Translations under genes and position numbers: made by a program
Shown here: one piece after another, positions 1-15,500 of the stretch
How the letters are laid out: every line of letters begins with the position of its first letter
Numbering within the stretch: position 1 is the stretch's first letter
The notes under the pieces: generated by a model
The model's input: only the letters and a program-made list of their open reading frames with translations
Databases searched by the model: none
What the model was told of the DNA's origin: nothing
NCBI GenBank assembly: GCA_046563655.1
Contig: CM102283.1
Coordinates: forward strand, 2,976,001 to 3,040,000
Length of the DNA: 64,000 nucleotides
Reading direction: 5' to 3'
Source of the DNA: Yuukianura sp. NJ FZ-2021
Lineage: Eukaryota

Positions 1-569
1 TCCATTTGAGAAAAATGGCTACTTTTGAACCATGGGGGGAGATTTTGAAAGTAATCTCGTGGTCTATTGTTCTCCTGTCAAAATCAACTTCAACCTCCAT
101 TTCTTCTATTTCCAACAACTCAGAAGCCAAGTTTTGTTCAGAAGTCTTTCTAAATGTCTTTTCCAATCATTCAATCACACAAACTACACCAGAAAACAAT
201 CAACTCTAATGGAACAGGCATGTAAACCTACAGCATATCAACGCATGCACATGCGTCTTAGTGTTTAGAAACATTTGAATTTAAATGAAGCGCATAAAAA
301 CTCTTCCTTTTAGAAAAAGTACAAATTTTTCAAAGAAAAATGTGGACTTTTTTTGAACAAGCTAGGAGTTAGACTGGTGCACGCGTTGAGTTTTTTTTTT
401 AAAAAGTTCACTTTTTTATTATTTTGTTTTATGCATAAGATTTTTCCGCTTTGTTGCTCAGGTAGGCTTTAGCTGTGCTAATTACACAATCGAAGGTGTT
501 ACATGAGGTAACTAATTAGCTGAGTAATTAGTAATAAGTAATTAACGATAGTAAAATTTTGAGTTATAC

Positions 570-3500
570 CTGGCCAGTGGACTCATGCGCAGAGCCAGTG
601 CTCGACTGATGCAGAAACCTGCACCGCCAGTGGCAAACCAAAATGAAACTTCTTCCTGAAATAAAAAAACAAAAGAAATGTTTAGACACAAACAAAATGA
701 ATTATTGGACGTATGGAACAATCCACTTGTTAAAAAAAAAACAAAATTTTGAACCCTCATTCCCATTTATTATTAATCCCCACTTGTTCTGTACTACAAG
801 GTAGGAAAGGTATGATTTAGTTTCGGAAAAAATTTTTTGAAAAGAAACAAGTTGAACTTGGCGGCAAACAAAAAAAAAGTAGCGGCAAACGCTCCTTTTA
901 TTTAAAAAAAAAAAAGAAAACACGAAATTGTTTCTAGCGAATTTCCTCAACTAAACACTTTCCATCGCACAGATAAATCTTCAAGAGGAAAAAAATGTGA
1001 AAACAACGGAGAAAATTCTGCAAATTGCGTCTTATATGCTTCATTTCAATTTTCAGAAAACAATAAATAAATTCTTTCTAAGAAACAAAACAAATTTTCT
1101 CCGCATTTCTTTTGAGTTTGGTCCCGATCCATCCTTTTGGAAATCAATACCAATTTCCATCCATTTGACCTTTGGACTTTTGCTCTCTTTTCTTGGTACT
1201 TTCTCAACATTTTCTTATAAACTTTGTTCATAAAGTGGTTTTTCCGCTCACTTTCTCCTCTTTTGTTTTAATTTAAAAATAAATTGAACATTATTATCTC
1301 ATTTTTCTCTTAAATTTTTTTCTCTTCTAAATTTTCTAAAATTTTCTGCTAAAATGCACATTTTTGCAGTCACGTCACGCTCCGTATTTCTTGACTCATC
1401 TGCATTGACTAAAAGGAAAAAGAAGGAGATGCGAATGACGTCATTGTTCAAACACGCCAAGGATGTGTCTAACAGAACACTTCTGGAAGATCACTTTGAA
1501 CAAGAACTTTCTCCTGTCCCGCTGTACACAAAAGACTAAGAAGTGCTATAGTACTCCAGAACAGCTTAGGATTTAGAACAACTTTGTTCTAAACCTGTTC
1601 TAAACACAGAACTTTCCCCATTCTCTCCTTCTCCGTCACCGCACCTATTGATTTTCACGCTCACGATTTCATCCGAAGTCCAACTTCGACTTAAAACTGC
1701 CTTGGCACACGCCCAACCTCACTTTTCCCAGAATTACTTTCTCTTTACAATCTTCTGCTTCTGCTCAACAACAACTTTTTTTTGTGTCCAAAGAGCACCG
1801 TTTCCTCCCCACGGTGCACCGCGGCGGCGGCCGAAAACTTTTTAGTTCCAGGAGAAAAAAAATTCCGTCGGACTTTCTCCCCAGCGAAAGCAGCCATACT
1901 TTCCCTTTGCTCAAAAACTTTCCAACTCCCCTTCCGAACCAAACCTAAAGTGAGCAACTCTATCACTTGTTTACAAAATTAACCTAAAACAAGTTAGCCT
2001 AACTAACCTAACTTCAGTTAGCCTAACATTAACCTCTTGTGAGTGTCAGTGGGTGTCCACAAGGAAACTAACTTTAACTTTTAAGGTAAGTCGATAACTT
2101 TTGGATGTTCTGAATATGTTAGGGTGGTGGCATGCCTTGTATGGCATGGCATGTATTTGGCATGGGGTGACGCATCTGGTGGTGTGTAATGATTGGAGGG
2201 CGGTGGGAAACAATACTCGAAATGGCAGAAGTGCAGCTCCTTCTGCAGTTCTGCTGCTCAATTCTTGTACTTTTAAGCTCTAAACCAGTTTTTTTGAACA
2301 AATTTTCTGCCAAAACTTGACTTTGGTGTCTCTTTTTTTTCTCTCTCCAACTTAAAAGGAATGGGAGATGAGGATGCTGAGATGAGATGATCTTGGTATA
2401 TCCAAAAATAGACTTAGATGTTCAATCTCTGGTCTCTCTGCACACTTAAGTTTTCATTTCACAGTTATGTGCTCAATTGTGCAGGGGAAAAACGCAGAGC
2501 ATAGCAAAATATAGGTTTACGGCATAGCTTAAAAGTTGGAGTTTAAACAGTTTTTTAAAAGTGAAATGGGTGTGTCAAGGTTTTCGAAATTTAAGAAATT
2601 TGGGGTTTGAGAAACTTCAAAATGTTCATATTGTTTTTCTGGATAACACTGAAAATAATTTCAAGTCAGTTAAACATGGTGCGTAACCGGAAGTTGGACA
2701 GTGAGTGCAACAGTTGCAAGGAGTTGCATAGGATTCATGGTAAAACGAAATCAAAATTTTCAAAATTTCATATTTGAACAAAGTTTAAAAAAATTTAAAA
2801 CGGATTCAAAAACCAAAATGAGCTTGAAATTTCAGAGTGAGGTGTGTAAGCAATTCCGAACTCTTCCGAGTGAATTGTTCCGAATTTTTTTTTTCAAAAT
2901 GCAAACCACTTCTTGAAAAAAAAAAATAATCACAATTTTTTTTTTGACGATTTCTTTCTGAGTAATTTGATTGGATACAATTTTTGCGTGTATAGAATAT
3001 TGAAGGTTTGGTTAAGAAGAATGATATGAGTGGGTGGAAAGTTGCAAAATTTCTTTCCATCAGAGTTTCATCTTTCAAAAAACTTTTCTTTTGTATTTCT
3101 GAAAACGTCTTTCTGAAAAAAACTTTTTCTAAAAATTGATTTTTGTCTGAATGCAATGGATTTAGGCGGAGAAAGATCCAACAGCGGAGGATCGCCTTTG
3201 AGCCGCTCATTTCAAATTGAAATTCAGGATCGGGTGAGCCGTTGGCTCCGTCGCCTTCGAGTGGGGATGGAAAGTGGGGATTTGGGTGGGGATTTGGATG
3301 CGGGTGACCTGGATGGACTTATTCAACGATTTTTGCATCTCAAGGAAGTCACAAGTCCCGATTCGGAGGGAAGTTTTCAAGATGAGGACGAACTGTTCAA
3401 GGGAACGACGCAGAACACATCAGCATGTGACTACCAATGGTTCAACGACGAACTAGGGTCAGTCATTTGCTTAACTTAGACCTGAGACGTCACAGTTCAA

Positions 3501-6500
3501 AATTTAGTCCAAAATTTCAAAACATCTCAGATTCATAGTTCCCACGTTTTAACTTTTTGCTACAAATAAGTTGTATCGTTCTAAATGTGCCTACTAGAGA
3601 ATGCTTCAATCTTCTTGATTCTGTTTTTACTAAAATTAAAATTTGTGCAAATTTTGTACTGGCATTCAGTAACATTTTTGGCAAACACAAACCACAACAA
3701 ACTTCGAATTCAGTTTACTTACACGGGAGTTTTCAAAATAATTTTTGAAACCGACGAAATTTTTCTAAAACTTTTCAAAAACGTTTCTGCAATTTTCAAA
3801 AAGACACTCTACGTGACTTACAATTTGAGCGCTTTGGAAACAGAAAACCGGCAACGTTTTTCAAAAATTGTAAAACTTTTTCCAAATCAATTTCTAAAGC
3901 TCTTATTTCAACATGGAGCGTTTCAGCCATTGCTTTTTCAAGTAAAAGCATGTTTCAATTACTTTTTTTTTCAATTTTTTCAAACTGTTCAAAATTTCTA
4001 AATTGTTCTACTAAATTTGTTTGTCCTTGTTCTTTATAGTTTCGTAGATGAGAATGAGACGGGGTCTCCGCTGTGCATTGGGATTAACACAGACTGCGAC
4101 GTTGCAAATATTGACATGGAAGTGCCATTTAAAATTAGCGGGGACGAGGCAGAGGCTGCCCGCTGCGAAAGAATTGCCAGCATCACGGGCTCAATTCTGC
4201 AACAGTTGGAGGCCTACCCAGACTCAGTCACGAGTGGACAAGAATCCGCTGTAAGTCAAAAAATTTGCAAAGTTGCAAAAATACGTCAAGTTGCAAAAAC
4301 TACAAGCAACATTGCTTAAGCCTTCGGAGTTGACAGTTTGGCAAAAACTTGGCAACAGTACCAATTTTTTTACAAAGTAAAAAGTACAAAAACAAAACTG
4401 GCAACCTTGAAAATCAAAATCATCCAGAGCGACAGAAACTGGCAACACTGCGATATTTCTCAAAGATAGGAAAGTTGGCAACAACGCAAATTTTTTCAAA
4501 ATACAAAAACTGGCGACATTGAAATTTATTTAGAGCGAGAAAAACTAGCAACACTGTGATATTTCTCAAAACAAAAACGTGGCAACAATGCAAGCTGTCT
4601 CAGACGTATAAAATTGGCAACATTGAAAACTTTTCAAAAATTCTAAAAATGGAAATTTTTAAAAAGTCGATTTTTTTGCAGGATCTCAATAATTCGATGG
4701 AGATGTCGATCTGTAAGTCTGAGAATCTCTTTTCTCCGCTCGTGGACAATCAGCCGGAGATGCCGGTCTTGTCAACGTTCAGTACCGATTCACTGGACGT
4801 GCGCAGTGACATTTTGGCCAACTGCGCAGCCACTAACCACAACAACTACACAATTGCATTTAATGGAAACAACATTCTGGAGGAATCTTACAACACTCTG
4901 AGCAGTGCCTACCGAACTGCAAATGGAACGACTCCGAGCACTTCAGACAAGTTGAATGAAAATGACACAACTCATATGTGGAACCAGGTCAAAGGTCAAG
5001 AGGTCAAACCAATCAGCAACAACAATGGCAGCAGCAACTCATCATCTTCGCAATGGACAGTGGACAACACAAGTCATCTTTTCACCCAGAGTTGCCCAAA
5101 TGCAAAAATACTTTGGACAAAACGGAGACTGTTTGATCTAGGATCGGCTCGGCGAAACCGGATTTACGTTCGGAACAGTTCGGATTTTTCAGACAATCAG
5201 GCAACTACACGGTCGCGTGAAACTTCTTCGTCAGCCGGATCATCCAATCCTCTGAGTTCCGACGAATCGTCAACTCCGAATCACCATCAGCCGTACCGAC
5301 CTGTACCGAGTCGACTTGACAGAGCCAAACCGACAACGACGGCTCAAATGGCCGAAATCATTAAGAAAAGTATTCAAATCCAGACTTCTTACAGCGCATG
5401 CTCCAAAGTCGTTCCACCACCGCGATTGGGCATCTCAAGTTCCACTCCAGTGTACATTTGCTACCCAAATTACACTCTTCCTGACCTCAACTTTTTGTCA
5501 GACCAAGGTCAAGGTCATGATGGCAAAAAAGAAGTTTTCTTGATACCGCAGCAGTATCGTGGAGTGCATTTGCGTGAAAAACGACCAGCATCGGCCGGTT
5601 ACAGTCGTTCCAAACGCCCAATGTCGTGTAACGACATTGAGGAGTTGCGCAAACAAGATTTGAGTCACATCCGAGACTGGCCGAGTCTCCATTTTCTACT
5701 ACCCGACGAATATCGAACGATACTGAAAGACATGAACATGAAATATGAAGAGAACAATGAAGATGAAAAGTCAAGCGAAGCTGGACTCGGATTGGATCAA
5801 AATTATTCTCCAGTTGTCATGCGTAAAAAACTGAATTCAGCGCCACAGCAGCGTCCGAACGCTGAAAATAAGCGATACAGTTTAAATGCTGGAGCTGGAC
5901 ATGGGGGTGGAAAAGCAGCAGCATCACGACGCTACTCCAAAAGATTTTCACTGCAAGAACCAATCATTCCCGAGATTAATGAAATTACAAACGAAATCAA
6001 CAAGAATCTGAGAGTTTTGAATGAAATGGAGGCAGATTTGTTTGAAAATCCCGCCGGAATGGCTGAAAATCAGGAGACGAGTGGTTCAGATGGAGGGGGT
6101 GGTGGGGGGCCCGGTCCCCCACAAAACACCCCCAGAATCAGTTTTATTGAAAACAATGAGGGGGGAACAGGAGCGACATTGCGGACAATACAAAATTCGG
6201 CTACACGCATGAGCAGACTGGCTCCGCAGAGTTTGACTGAAAAGCAAGGTAAAATTTTTAAAATTCATAACTATGAGGGGATATTTGTTCGAAAAAAAAA
6301 TATGTTCTAAAAGATAATTTTGCTATTGTTTTAAACATTTCCTTATTGTCTTTAGATTTGACTGAAGCCATAATCTCATCGGTATCGGAAATCCAAACGA
6401 TGTCTAAAATACCTTCCCCTGGTCGCCCGAGTTTAGGAATTGCTTCAAAAAGTGCCGCGGGAAAATGCGTTTTGGACTCACTTTGCCCATCTCTGTACTC

Positions 6501-9500
6501 TCTGCTTAGTGACGGTTTGTGCCCATTTTTGGATACCATTTTCGGAAAAATTCCCAACACTGTATGGCGGGTCATTGAAGCTTCTATACAATATGGTACT
6601 AAACTTTAAAAAATTAAAACTTCTAGAAATTGCATTTTAATTTAAAATTTTGTTTTAAGGCCCCACTGCACAGCCCCTAAATGAACTCGTGATGAAGATT
6701 AACAGCGAGGAATGCTTGGCTGAAGGGCCGATGAAATTCAATGCATTTATTTGTGGTTTGCTCAAGTAAGTTTAATTTAATTGAAATCGTAACATTTCAC
6801 CCCTCATAATTTAAAATTTTAGTTTAAAACATTTTTTTAAACTTTATTATTGCTAAGTTCCAAATTCTGTCAGGTTGCTACTTTTCACCCCTCATAGTAT
6901 GCGAAAAGTTTAAATTCTTAGAAAATGGTGCTAATTTCACCACATTCATCTGGAATTGAATGAACTTTTGAATTTCACAACAATTTTTTGTTTCAGCCTT
7001 GGGAATTTATCGTCATGGCTACTATTTCTTCGCACAAAGGAACGTCTTCTACGAACCCACTACCACCCTTCCGGACTCATGTTTCTCTGTAACACTTCCA
7101 CACGTACACTTTACGACCGAATGGTCGAAAGTGTCAACTACCTCACCAAACTTCCGTTTCAACTTGACATTTTCCATGAGGTCAAAGTGCTTCACCAAAG
7201 CATCCAATCCAACAAAGCCAAGCATCTACGCAGCAGTGGTTCCTCGAGTGGTCGCTCTTCTTCCGCATCTCTCCCCACCCACCGTAAACACTCCCAAGTC
7301 GATTCCAACAAGTTAACGCATGAGCAGCACCTCAGCGGTGCAAAACTCGCTTACGTCACTTCCAAAAACTCAAAATACTACGTCAACCAGCTGAAGAAGA
7401 CCCAGATGAAGCGGAGTTACAGCGACGAGAGGCCGAACCCGTCAAAAGTTCCAATTGGAACTTCAATCCCGAAGTCCAAGACGAGTCAGAACATCAACAG
7501 TGAGAAATATGCAAGTGCACCCAAATTGACCCACCATAGTAAGCATTCCAAGCAGGGTCAATTGACCCGTCGTGGGTCAATCGACTATGAAGCACAAGCG
7601 AGAATTCTGCGGGTCAAAGATCAAGAAAAAGGCATGGAACCGACGAAACGCCCACCGAGGCCCAAGTCACTCGGAAATCCTGTGCAGTTGATTCAAATGG
7701 AAGATGAGTTTAGCAAGGAGACGTCAGGGGGAGGGGGTGGGTGCGGAATTATGGGTGAAAAAGATCCAGAAAAATTTCGAAATTTGAGACTTCAGTGGGA
7801 ACTGCTGACGAGTGACGAGGTCAAAGGTCGAGGTCACTCTGGGGGTCTCCCCTCCCCGGGGACAGCGGGGGGCGGAGCTCTAAATCACGTGGGTTCCAAA
7901 ATTCCAAGACCCATTTCCTCCCCGGTAAAAACCAATACACATTTCCCGCCTCCGAATTTCAAAGTGAACAAAAGGTAAAGAAAAAAAAAAGTTTTCAAAA
8001 ACACTGATCTCTTTTCAAAATTTTAATTTAACCTTAAGGACCCGAGCGCAGTAACTTTATGGGGGCAAGTGGGTGGGGTTTGATTAATTCATGAAAAAAA
8101 ATGAAAATTAAAAAAAAAGAACGGGAAAAATCGAACTTAATTTGGAAAAAGTGGGGGAATTTTTTATTTTGGTATTTCGAAAAAAAGTATGAGGGGTTTT
8201 CTGGTTCCCTTCACAAGGAATGCATTTACCTGTCTTTTTTGGTTCCTACGAAAAGCTAAAAATTGCACTGAAAAACTCTAGTCGCTAAAAGTAGAAAATT
8301 TTAAGCTTTTTGCAACTTATGCAAAAATTTTCGCAATTTGCAAACTTTTTTGCAGTTTACACATTTCTGCTACTACACAATTTGCTAATGGCTGATTGGT
8401 CGAGAAAATAGTGAGGGGTGCGGTAGTGGTGCGGCAAAAAAAATCAAAAGGAGGACAACCTGATATCGTGCTTTTTAAAACAATTCACATTTAATAAACG
8501 TATCCTTAATTAAAATATAATTAAAATATAATTTAAAATATAGTTAATAAAAGTTAGTTAAAAAAACTTAATTTAAATCAAATTCGCTTTTAGCAGTATT
8601 TCTCCCCCCATAATTGTTGACGTAATGCTAGTTAATCAAATATGATAACAGAAATGTTAGAAAACTCAAAAATTTTATGTTTCTTGGCGTTTCTTGTGTC
8701 TTTGTTTCTATTTCAAATAAAACCTTAACCAAAACCTTTCGAAAAATTTACTACAAATGACTTTCGAAAAGCTGTTTTTTTTAAATTTGAAAAAAAAATT
8801 TCCCGTCCTGCTAATCACCACAATCTCAATTCACCTGCTCCTGCTCTTGTCTCCGCTTGAACAAAGGAGATGCAATTACAAAATGGAAAGCCATTCCAAT
8901 AAACCTTCAATTTTCAGCCCAAAAAAAATTGAAAAGAAGCCTACAATTTTGAAAAATAAAAAATGATTGTTGAACAGAACAAAACAGAACAAGAAATGTA
9001 ATAATTTCAAAAAACGAAAAAAGTTTAAAAGTTGGCGGGCGTTCTGGAGTGGGTTGAACCAGGAAAAGGGATCAAAAAGCCACTTAAAAGCTCATGCAGC
9101 CCAGTAATTTCATCGTGTTTCAAAATTACATTTTTTGAGATCATCTTTTGAAGAAGATCGAATGCTTGCGTGACGCATGCGCAACCAAAAACACAAGGCT
9201 ATAAGCATCTTCATAAAAACAGATTGAACATTTTCAAAATTTTACTTTTTTGGAACCCCAGGGCGCTAATTTCAAAAAGTTTTGAATTATGTGTCAGTTC
9301 AAAGAAACTCCAGTGGTCATTCTGTTCTGGACAAAACCTTTGGAGGTCATTAGAGTCGTAAAGTGACAAAGTGCGAGAGAGGGAGGGCGGGAGAATTCAA
9401 AAAGTTCAAAATCCAAAATTCCCTCCTCTGATTCTTCTCCTTCCTCTGAAATTTAAAGATGAAGAGATAGACTTGTTTAGGTTTGGAAGTTTAAGACTAT

Positions 9501-12500
9501 TTTGGGAAAAAATTTGACACCTTTGGGTAAATAAATAATCTTTTCTGAAAATTTATGAAGGAAACTTGGAAATTTTAAAAACAGCAAGACATGACCTCCT
9601 CTTTACTTCATTTCCTTCGAAGCAGGTGACAAAAACCACACGTTTTGAAAACCAGGAAAACTTGACTTTTTTAATGCTGAACGCGTGACTTCATTTTTCT
9701 CTCGAAAAATCACCTGCCACTTTTACAAAAAAAATGTAAAAACGTTGCAGTTTTTATAAAAGTTTCTTTTCTTAAATGAAGCTCACAATGTCATTCGTTG
9801 ATCCAACTGTGAATGATAATGATTCAAATTTTTTTTTGTGTTGTTTTTTAAGCAAATTTCTGGAATTGAAATTTTTCTTCACTTTTTGAAGTTAATTTTG
9901 AAAATTATCCGTAATTATGTGATTAGCTAATACTTAGTTTCAGTTTTCCTTTCCGATTTAGGTCACTGTTAATTTGGGGTTTTGATGAAGATGTGAGAAC
10001 AGATTAGACACAAACGTACACAAAGACTGTTTCACTTGAAATTACAATGGAGAAAACGGCGGGAATTTTCAAAATTTGAAATCTTGATTTGTTGGAGGTA
10101 CCCCACACCTGCTTTTGTGTATTGTACAAAGAGAAGATCAAGATGATGGCAGCCACAAGAACTCTAATGGATCAAACCCCGTGCGTGTGTGGGTTCACCT
10201 CCTGCATTTCCTTTGTTCAATTTAAAAAAAAAAGTTAAAAAAAAGTTTTCCAAAATTTTCAAAAAAAAAAAAAACGTTTTCCAGCACCAAATAAAACCAC
10301 ATTCAAAATTCCCTCTCTCACTAGCAACGTTCTGCATTAGAAAGTGAGACAAAAATTATTTTAAAAATTTCTTTCAAAAAAAAAAAATTAAAAATTAAAG
10401 CCGACTAACAGAATCCAATGCTGTTGAATCTCAAAATGAAAAAAAAAACTCTCAAAAGTGAAACTTTTTTTCGAAACGTTCTTAATGACGTGTAAAGTAA
10501 AAAGTAATCAAAAATTTAAGTAATTAGGAAGCGGATAATTTGAAAACGAAAACTTCCGTTAAGCGAGCGGCATAATTTGATCTCCTAAGAGCTCAATCAA
10601 TTCAAATTTCAAAAAACGAATACCAAAATTTTACATTAGCTGTTCTCGCTCCATTATTTTCGTTTGACATGACTGATGGATCTAAATGGAGCCTCAAGCG
10701 CTGTTTAAAAAAAGCGCCTAAATTCAAATTTAAAAAAAATTTGAAATTGCCGCCTTAGCTTCATCAACACTCAACCACTCCCACACAAACTCAAAATAAT
10801 CCAAAACAGGATTGAGAATTACAGTAGCAATTGTCTTTTACGGTACTTATCTCTTGATTGGTCTTAATATACTTTTCTTATTATTATATATTATATATTT
10901 ATCGATTTATATTATATTTTTATATTATATAATTATATCATTAGTCCCTACTCCACTTTCAACCTCAGTTAGATTATAACCGGTTTAGTTTTTTAATCTT
11001 TAGACTGGATCTGACAGGAGCGTCATTTCTGAGCATGCGAGATGTCACTTTCCTTAACAAAACATAACAATTCCATTTTTCAACTGATGGTTACGGTGGT
11101 TACTGTTGAGGTTACGATGGTTACATGGTTACAGTTTCTAAATTGAAAATGAAAATGAAGAGCACGTTTTCTGGAGAACTACAATGGGTACAAAGGAAAC
11201 TAAATCCGAAAGGCAACCATAAATATTTTGACCTAATTGTCATTGTCACGCTTTGTGTTCTTGAAGCACGAAAACTCAATAAATTTTTAGTGCACACAAA
11301 AAAGTGCTTTTTGTGCACAAATTTTTTTTTGTGCTGTACTTCGACATAGGCGTGACTTTTTTGAAAAGTGACACACAGTAGGGACACGGATCATCAAAAG
11401 TGACATTTGTTCCACCCGTATTGACTTTGTTCCAAAAATTTGTTCTTGTTCAAACAGAAGCTACTTTTTTGGAAATCTTAGCAGGAAAGATAAATAGAAA
11501 CTTTTTTGAAAAGCTGTTCGAAGAAGTTTGTTTGAACATTCCAAAGGTCATGAAGATGACTTTAAATCTGAAGGACTTTGGGTTATGTACACAAGAAGGA
11601 GGTTTTCGAGTACTTTTAAGTCATCTTGTACATTTCTGAGTCACGATATATGTTTTTGAGACATACTGTACAATTTTTGTTGTGGTAAAGTTAAATATTT
11701 GAGAAGCGATTAACGTCTCAATATTATTTTGAATCTTGAATTTGTGACAGATGGGAGATAGTTGTGTTTTTTTAACTTTTCTTTTTTGAATTTTAATGGT
11801 GAAGAGTTTTTTTTTTAATTTTTTTGTGGTGTTATGTTAAGTTGTTGAGGATTGAAAAATATTCATGTTTGGAAGAAGATCATGTTGATGACTCTGCGAA
11901 AGATCATCAGCATCACCTTAAGACTTTTGAAAGGAATAATGCTGGAGGCGAAACAAGGAAAACTTCCAAGTACTTCTTATACTGCAAGTACTTCTAAGCA
12001 TAAATTTCAAAATGGCTTTTTAGGCGGGTGAATTCGAAATGAAAATAGTTGCGTGTAAAGTACACTTCTGAATGAAAAAACTTTAAGTTTACTAATTAGA
12101 ATTTCACACCTGGCTTACGTTTTAGTACTCCTTTGAAAAAAAAGTCTCACTGTGCAACTTTTTTGAATTGCTGCAGCTCCTCTGAATGTTGCAACTTTTC
12201 TGAAGGTTTCAACTTTTCTGAATGTTGCAACTTTTTTGAATTCTACAGCTTGTCTGAGATTTAGCAGTTTTCTAATGGCTAAAATTTTTCTGATTTGTGC
12301 TGCTTTTGTTTTTTGAAAAAAAAAAACATTTTTTTGAGTGTTCAGTTTTGTTTAAAAATTCTACAAATGGAAATTTTGAAATAATTGAGTAATTGTTTTG
12401 TAACAATTGTTAAGTTGTTAAGTTATTTCAAGAACATCCGAGTAGTGTTTCAATTTAGAAAATAATTGTGAAAATTGAAAAGAAATTGTATTCTTTTTTC

Positions 12501-15500
12501 TTTTTGGGACTTACAAAGAGAGGGCCCTTGAAGGGCTCCTATTTCCCTTGGAAATTTATGTCTCGACCCAATTATTCCAACAAGGTCTAACGTTTTCCAA
12601 GGGCCCATGACCATAAAGTATTTTCTAGAAAAGGGAGGTGCGCATGGAACAATAAATCCAATTGCGCATGCTCCGATCCCAACCAGATAAGAATTAAGGG
12701 CATTCTCCTCTTCTGTATATGAAGTAAGAATAGACCTCAATCAAAGTGTGTTTCTATTCACTTCCAATTCAATCTAAGGTTAGGTTAGTTAGGCTAAAAT
12801 CATCTTCTGGTTAGGCTATAAACCTAACAATATAAAATCTAACAATACATGAAGCTTCACAGACAGGAGACACATGTTTCTTTTCCACCTCCATTGTTAA
12901 GCTCATCCCAATTTTCAAAAGAAGAATCTTTCCCGCTGCTCCTGCAATAATCTTCTATTCAACTTTTTTTAAAACTTTTTTCCCCGCTCTTTTGATTTTT
13001 TTTTAAATGATGATGACTTTGTTTGATAATTCTCCTATTCGACACTCTAATGAAGAAATTCAACCAATCACATCAATTTTCCAGGCTCCAGAAGCTATAA
13101 TGACGTCTATCGCTTCTAAGTTTGTGAGTTTCTAGGTTTTTTAAATCATTTTTTGTCAGTTTTGTATTTGTGCTTGTGTAAGTTTTTAAAAAAGTTAAAT
13201 TTTAAAAAAAGTTTATTACGTTTGAATTTTGAAATTGAATGTGATTTGGGTTTGTTGCTCTTGCGTGCCCTTTGGTCTGCTTGAACTTTTGTAGCATAAA
13301 TTTTGTTGTCTGATCTGACTTTTGACTCATGCGCAGCAAAATAGTCACGCCTTCCCATTGATTTTTTGTTCTGCACATGCGCATAAATTTTTCCATTGTT
13401 ACTGTTTAACGGTTCATGAACTCCGTGATTTACAGTTATAGCTTTTGACAGGCTTCATAAACAATCAACCGAAACCATAATCATTAATTTTGAAACTGAG
13501 AGCCTTTTTTCAAATTTTGAAAAAGTTAGAAATTTCTAAATGACAAAACTTGCAAGTGAACAACAGTATTTCTGTCATCGCTGGGGCCCTTAAACCTCAG
13601 CCCTCCAGTAATTGAATCTCTGTTGGTGTTATGGGTTGATGGTCCTTGGAAATTGAAAAGCAACTGATCCTTAAAACTGAAGGCCCAAGGGACATTTAGG
13701 CTTAAGGGCCCCTCCAAGGGGCCATATGGATCTTCTCTGGAAATGTCATTAGACAGGACACGAGAGTCCCCCTCCCTTCAACCCAGACCCTTGGACATCT
13801 TCTTGATTTTTCAAAGTCCTTGGACTCAAACTAAAAGTGCCGTCGTGAAGGGGGCCCTTGAAGCAGAAGATAATACTTTGGCGTGGCATACCACCGACCT
13901 CAGCCCTTGAAGGGCTCAGGAGCCTTCAAGTCAACAAAGGCAACCTGTGTTCGAATGAACCAGTGTTCCTTAAAATTGCTTTTTAGGGCCCAAGGGCCCC
14001 CATTGTTCTCGAGAGATCAGAGTCGTGACCTATGCACTTTGTTCCAAGAGGGCCCTTAAGCCCAAACCGGGTTAAGGCAGGTATTCACTGCACTTAATTT
14101 AAACTGCATGCGTGTGCGCATCCAAAACATGGAATCATGACCCTGCACAGCATTTGACCCTTGAAGGGCCCCCCTCAAATCCATATTTGACATGAAAGTT
14201 AATCTAAAAAATTTATTCACATATGTTTAAATTTCATCATACTCCACTTCATTTCAAAACGGGGGTACTTAAGGGTACCGTTCGTGAAAAAAAATTAGGC
14301 ACGTGACTCCTTAAATCACTTTGAAATAATTTGGAACTTGAAATTTCAGAATCTTGAAATTTGAAAATTTGAAACGTAGTTACCATGACCAAATGGAGAT
14401 GTACTTTAAGTTAGGAGACAAGTGAAGGGGTCATGGGTACTTTATGTTAGTAATGGGGGGTACTTTGATGTATTTGACAGACGTATAATTTGAGTACGAA
14501 AGAATAAACTCCATTTGTTCAGGGAGTGGAGCAAAACAAGATGGAATAAATTCCAGACTAAACGTTGGTGGTGTTAAGGGCCCCCTTTCTCGCTTTTCTT
14601 AATTTCCCGCCTCCATCTGTAGCCTTCAACCCTTTAAGGGCTCCTCTTGCAAGTTTCCGTATTGGATTAACCCGGCTTTCCATCAGTTCAAATAACAAGA
14701 AAAGACAAGTGTTTACTCCCAGAAATTCCGAAGGGCCCTCTTTCTCTTTTAAAATTTTAAACATTTTCAAGGGTTCCCGCTTTTAGTAAAAATTCAAACA
14801 AAGAAAAAGAGTTGAAGGGGCCCTTAAAGGAACCATATATTTTGTTAAGCATTCCTCCACTGTTACTTTATAGTTTCTGTCCATGTTTAAACACTTTTAG
14901 ACAATACTGGAGATGGGTTTTAAGGGGGGCCCTTAAGGGGTCAAATGGGCCCTTAATGTATTCAAATCCACTTTTCCATTTTTCATGTCATCAAAATCTG
15001 ATAAGGGCCAAACATTGTGGCTTTTTAGAAAATCCAAACCTGTCCAGCGTCTGTGTCTGCGTCTGCGTCGGTGACATTGACACTGTCACCCTATCTCAAC
15101 CGAAAATGTAAATTTCGAAAAAAAAAAAAAAATGAGAAAAAATTTCAACAAAATTTAAAAAAAATTAGTTCTTTAGAAAAAACTTTTTTAGAAAAGAAAA
15201 GCTATCTCTTTTTTTCCCATTTTTAACTTTTTCTTGATGTTTAACATTTTTTTTTCTTAAAATTCAGAAAATCAGTTTCTGCCATTGCCGTTACTTTAAC
15301 TTTACAAGCATTTTCGAAATTTGGAAGAATGAAGTTCAAAATTTTAAAAATGAAAATGAAGTTGAAATTTCTTAAGCGTATCATTGATTTGGAGATGCAT
15401 AAATTTTGGTAAATGGACTTTTGAGTCTGTTCCTTGTTCGTTTTTAATCTCTGTAACTAATCAATACTGAAGATACTAAATCACTAAGATCTCTGACAGC

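Noticed and set aside
1354-1539. 61-aa plus-strand ORF with a possible acceptor near 1369
   Set aside because: No linked exons or recognisable motif; cannot be supported.
3539-3546. Su(H)/CSL site TTCCCACG (also CGTGAGAA near 26633) as Notch feedback on fringe
   Set aside because: Isolated 8-mers are expected by chance; no paired-site arrangement.
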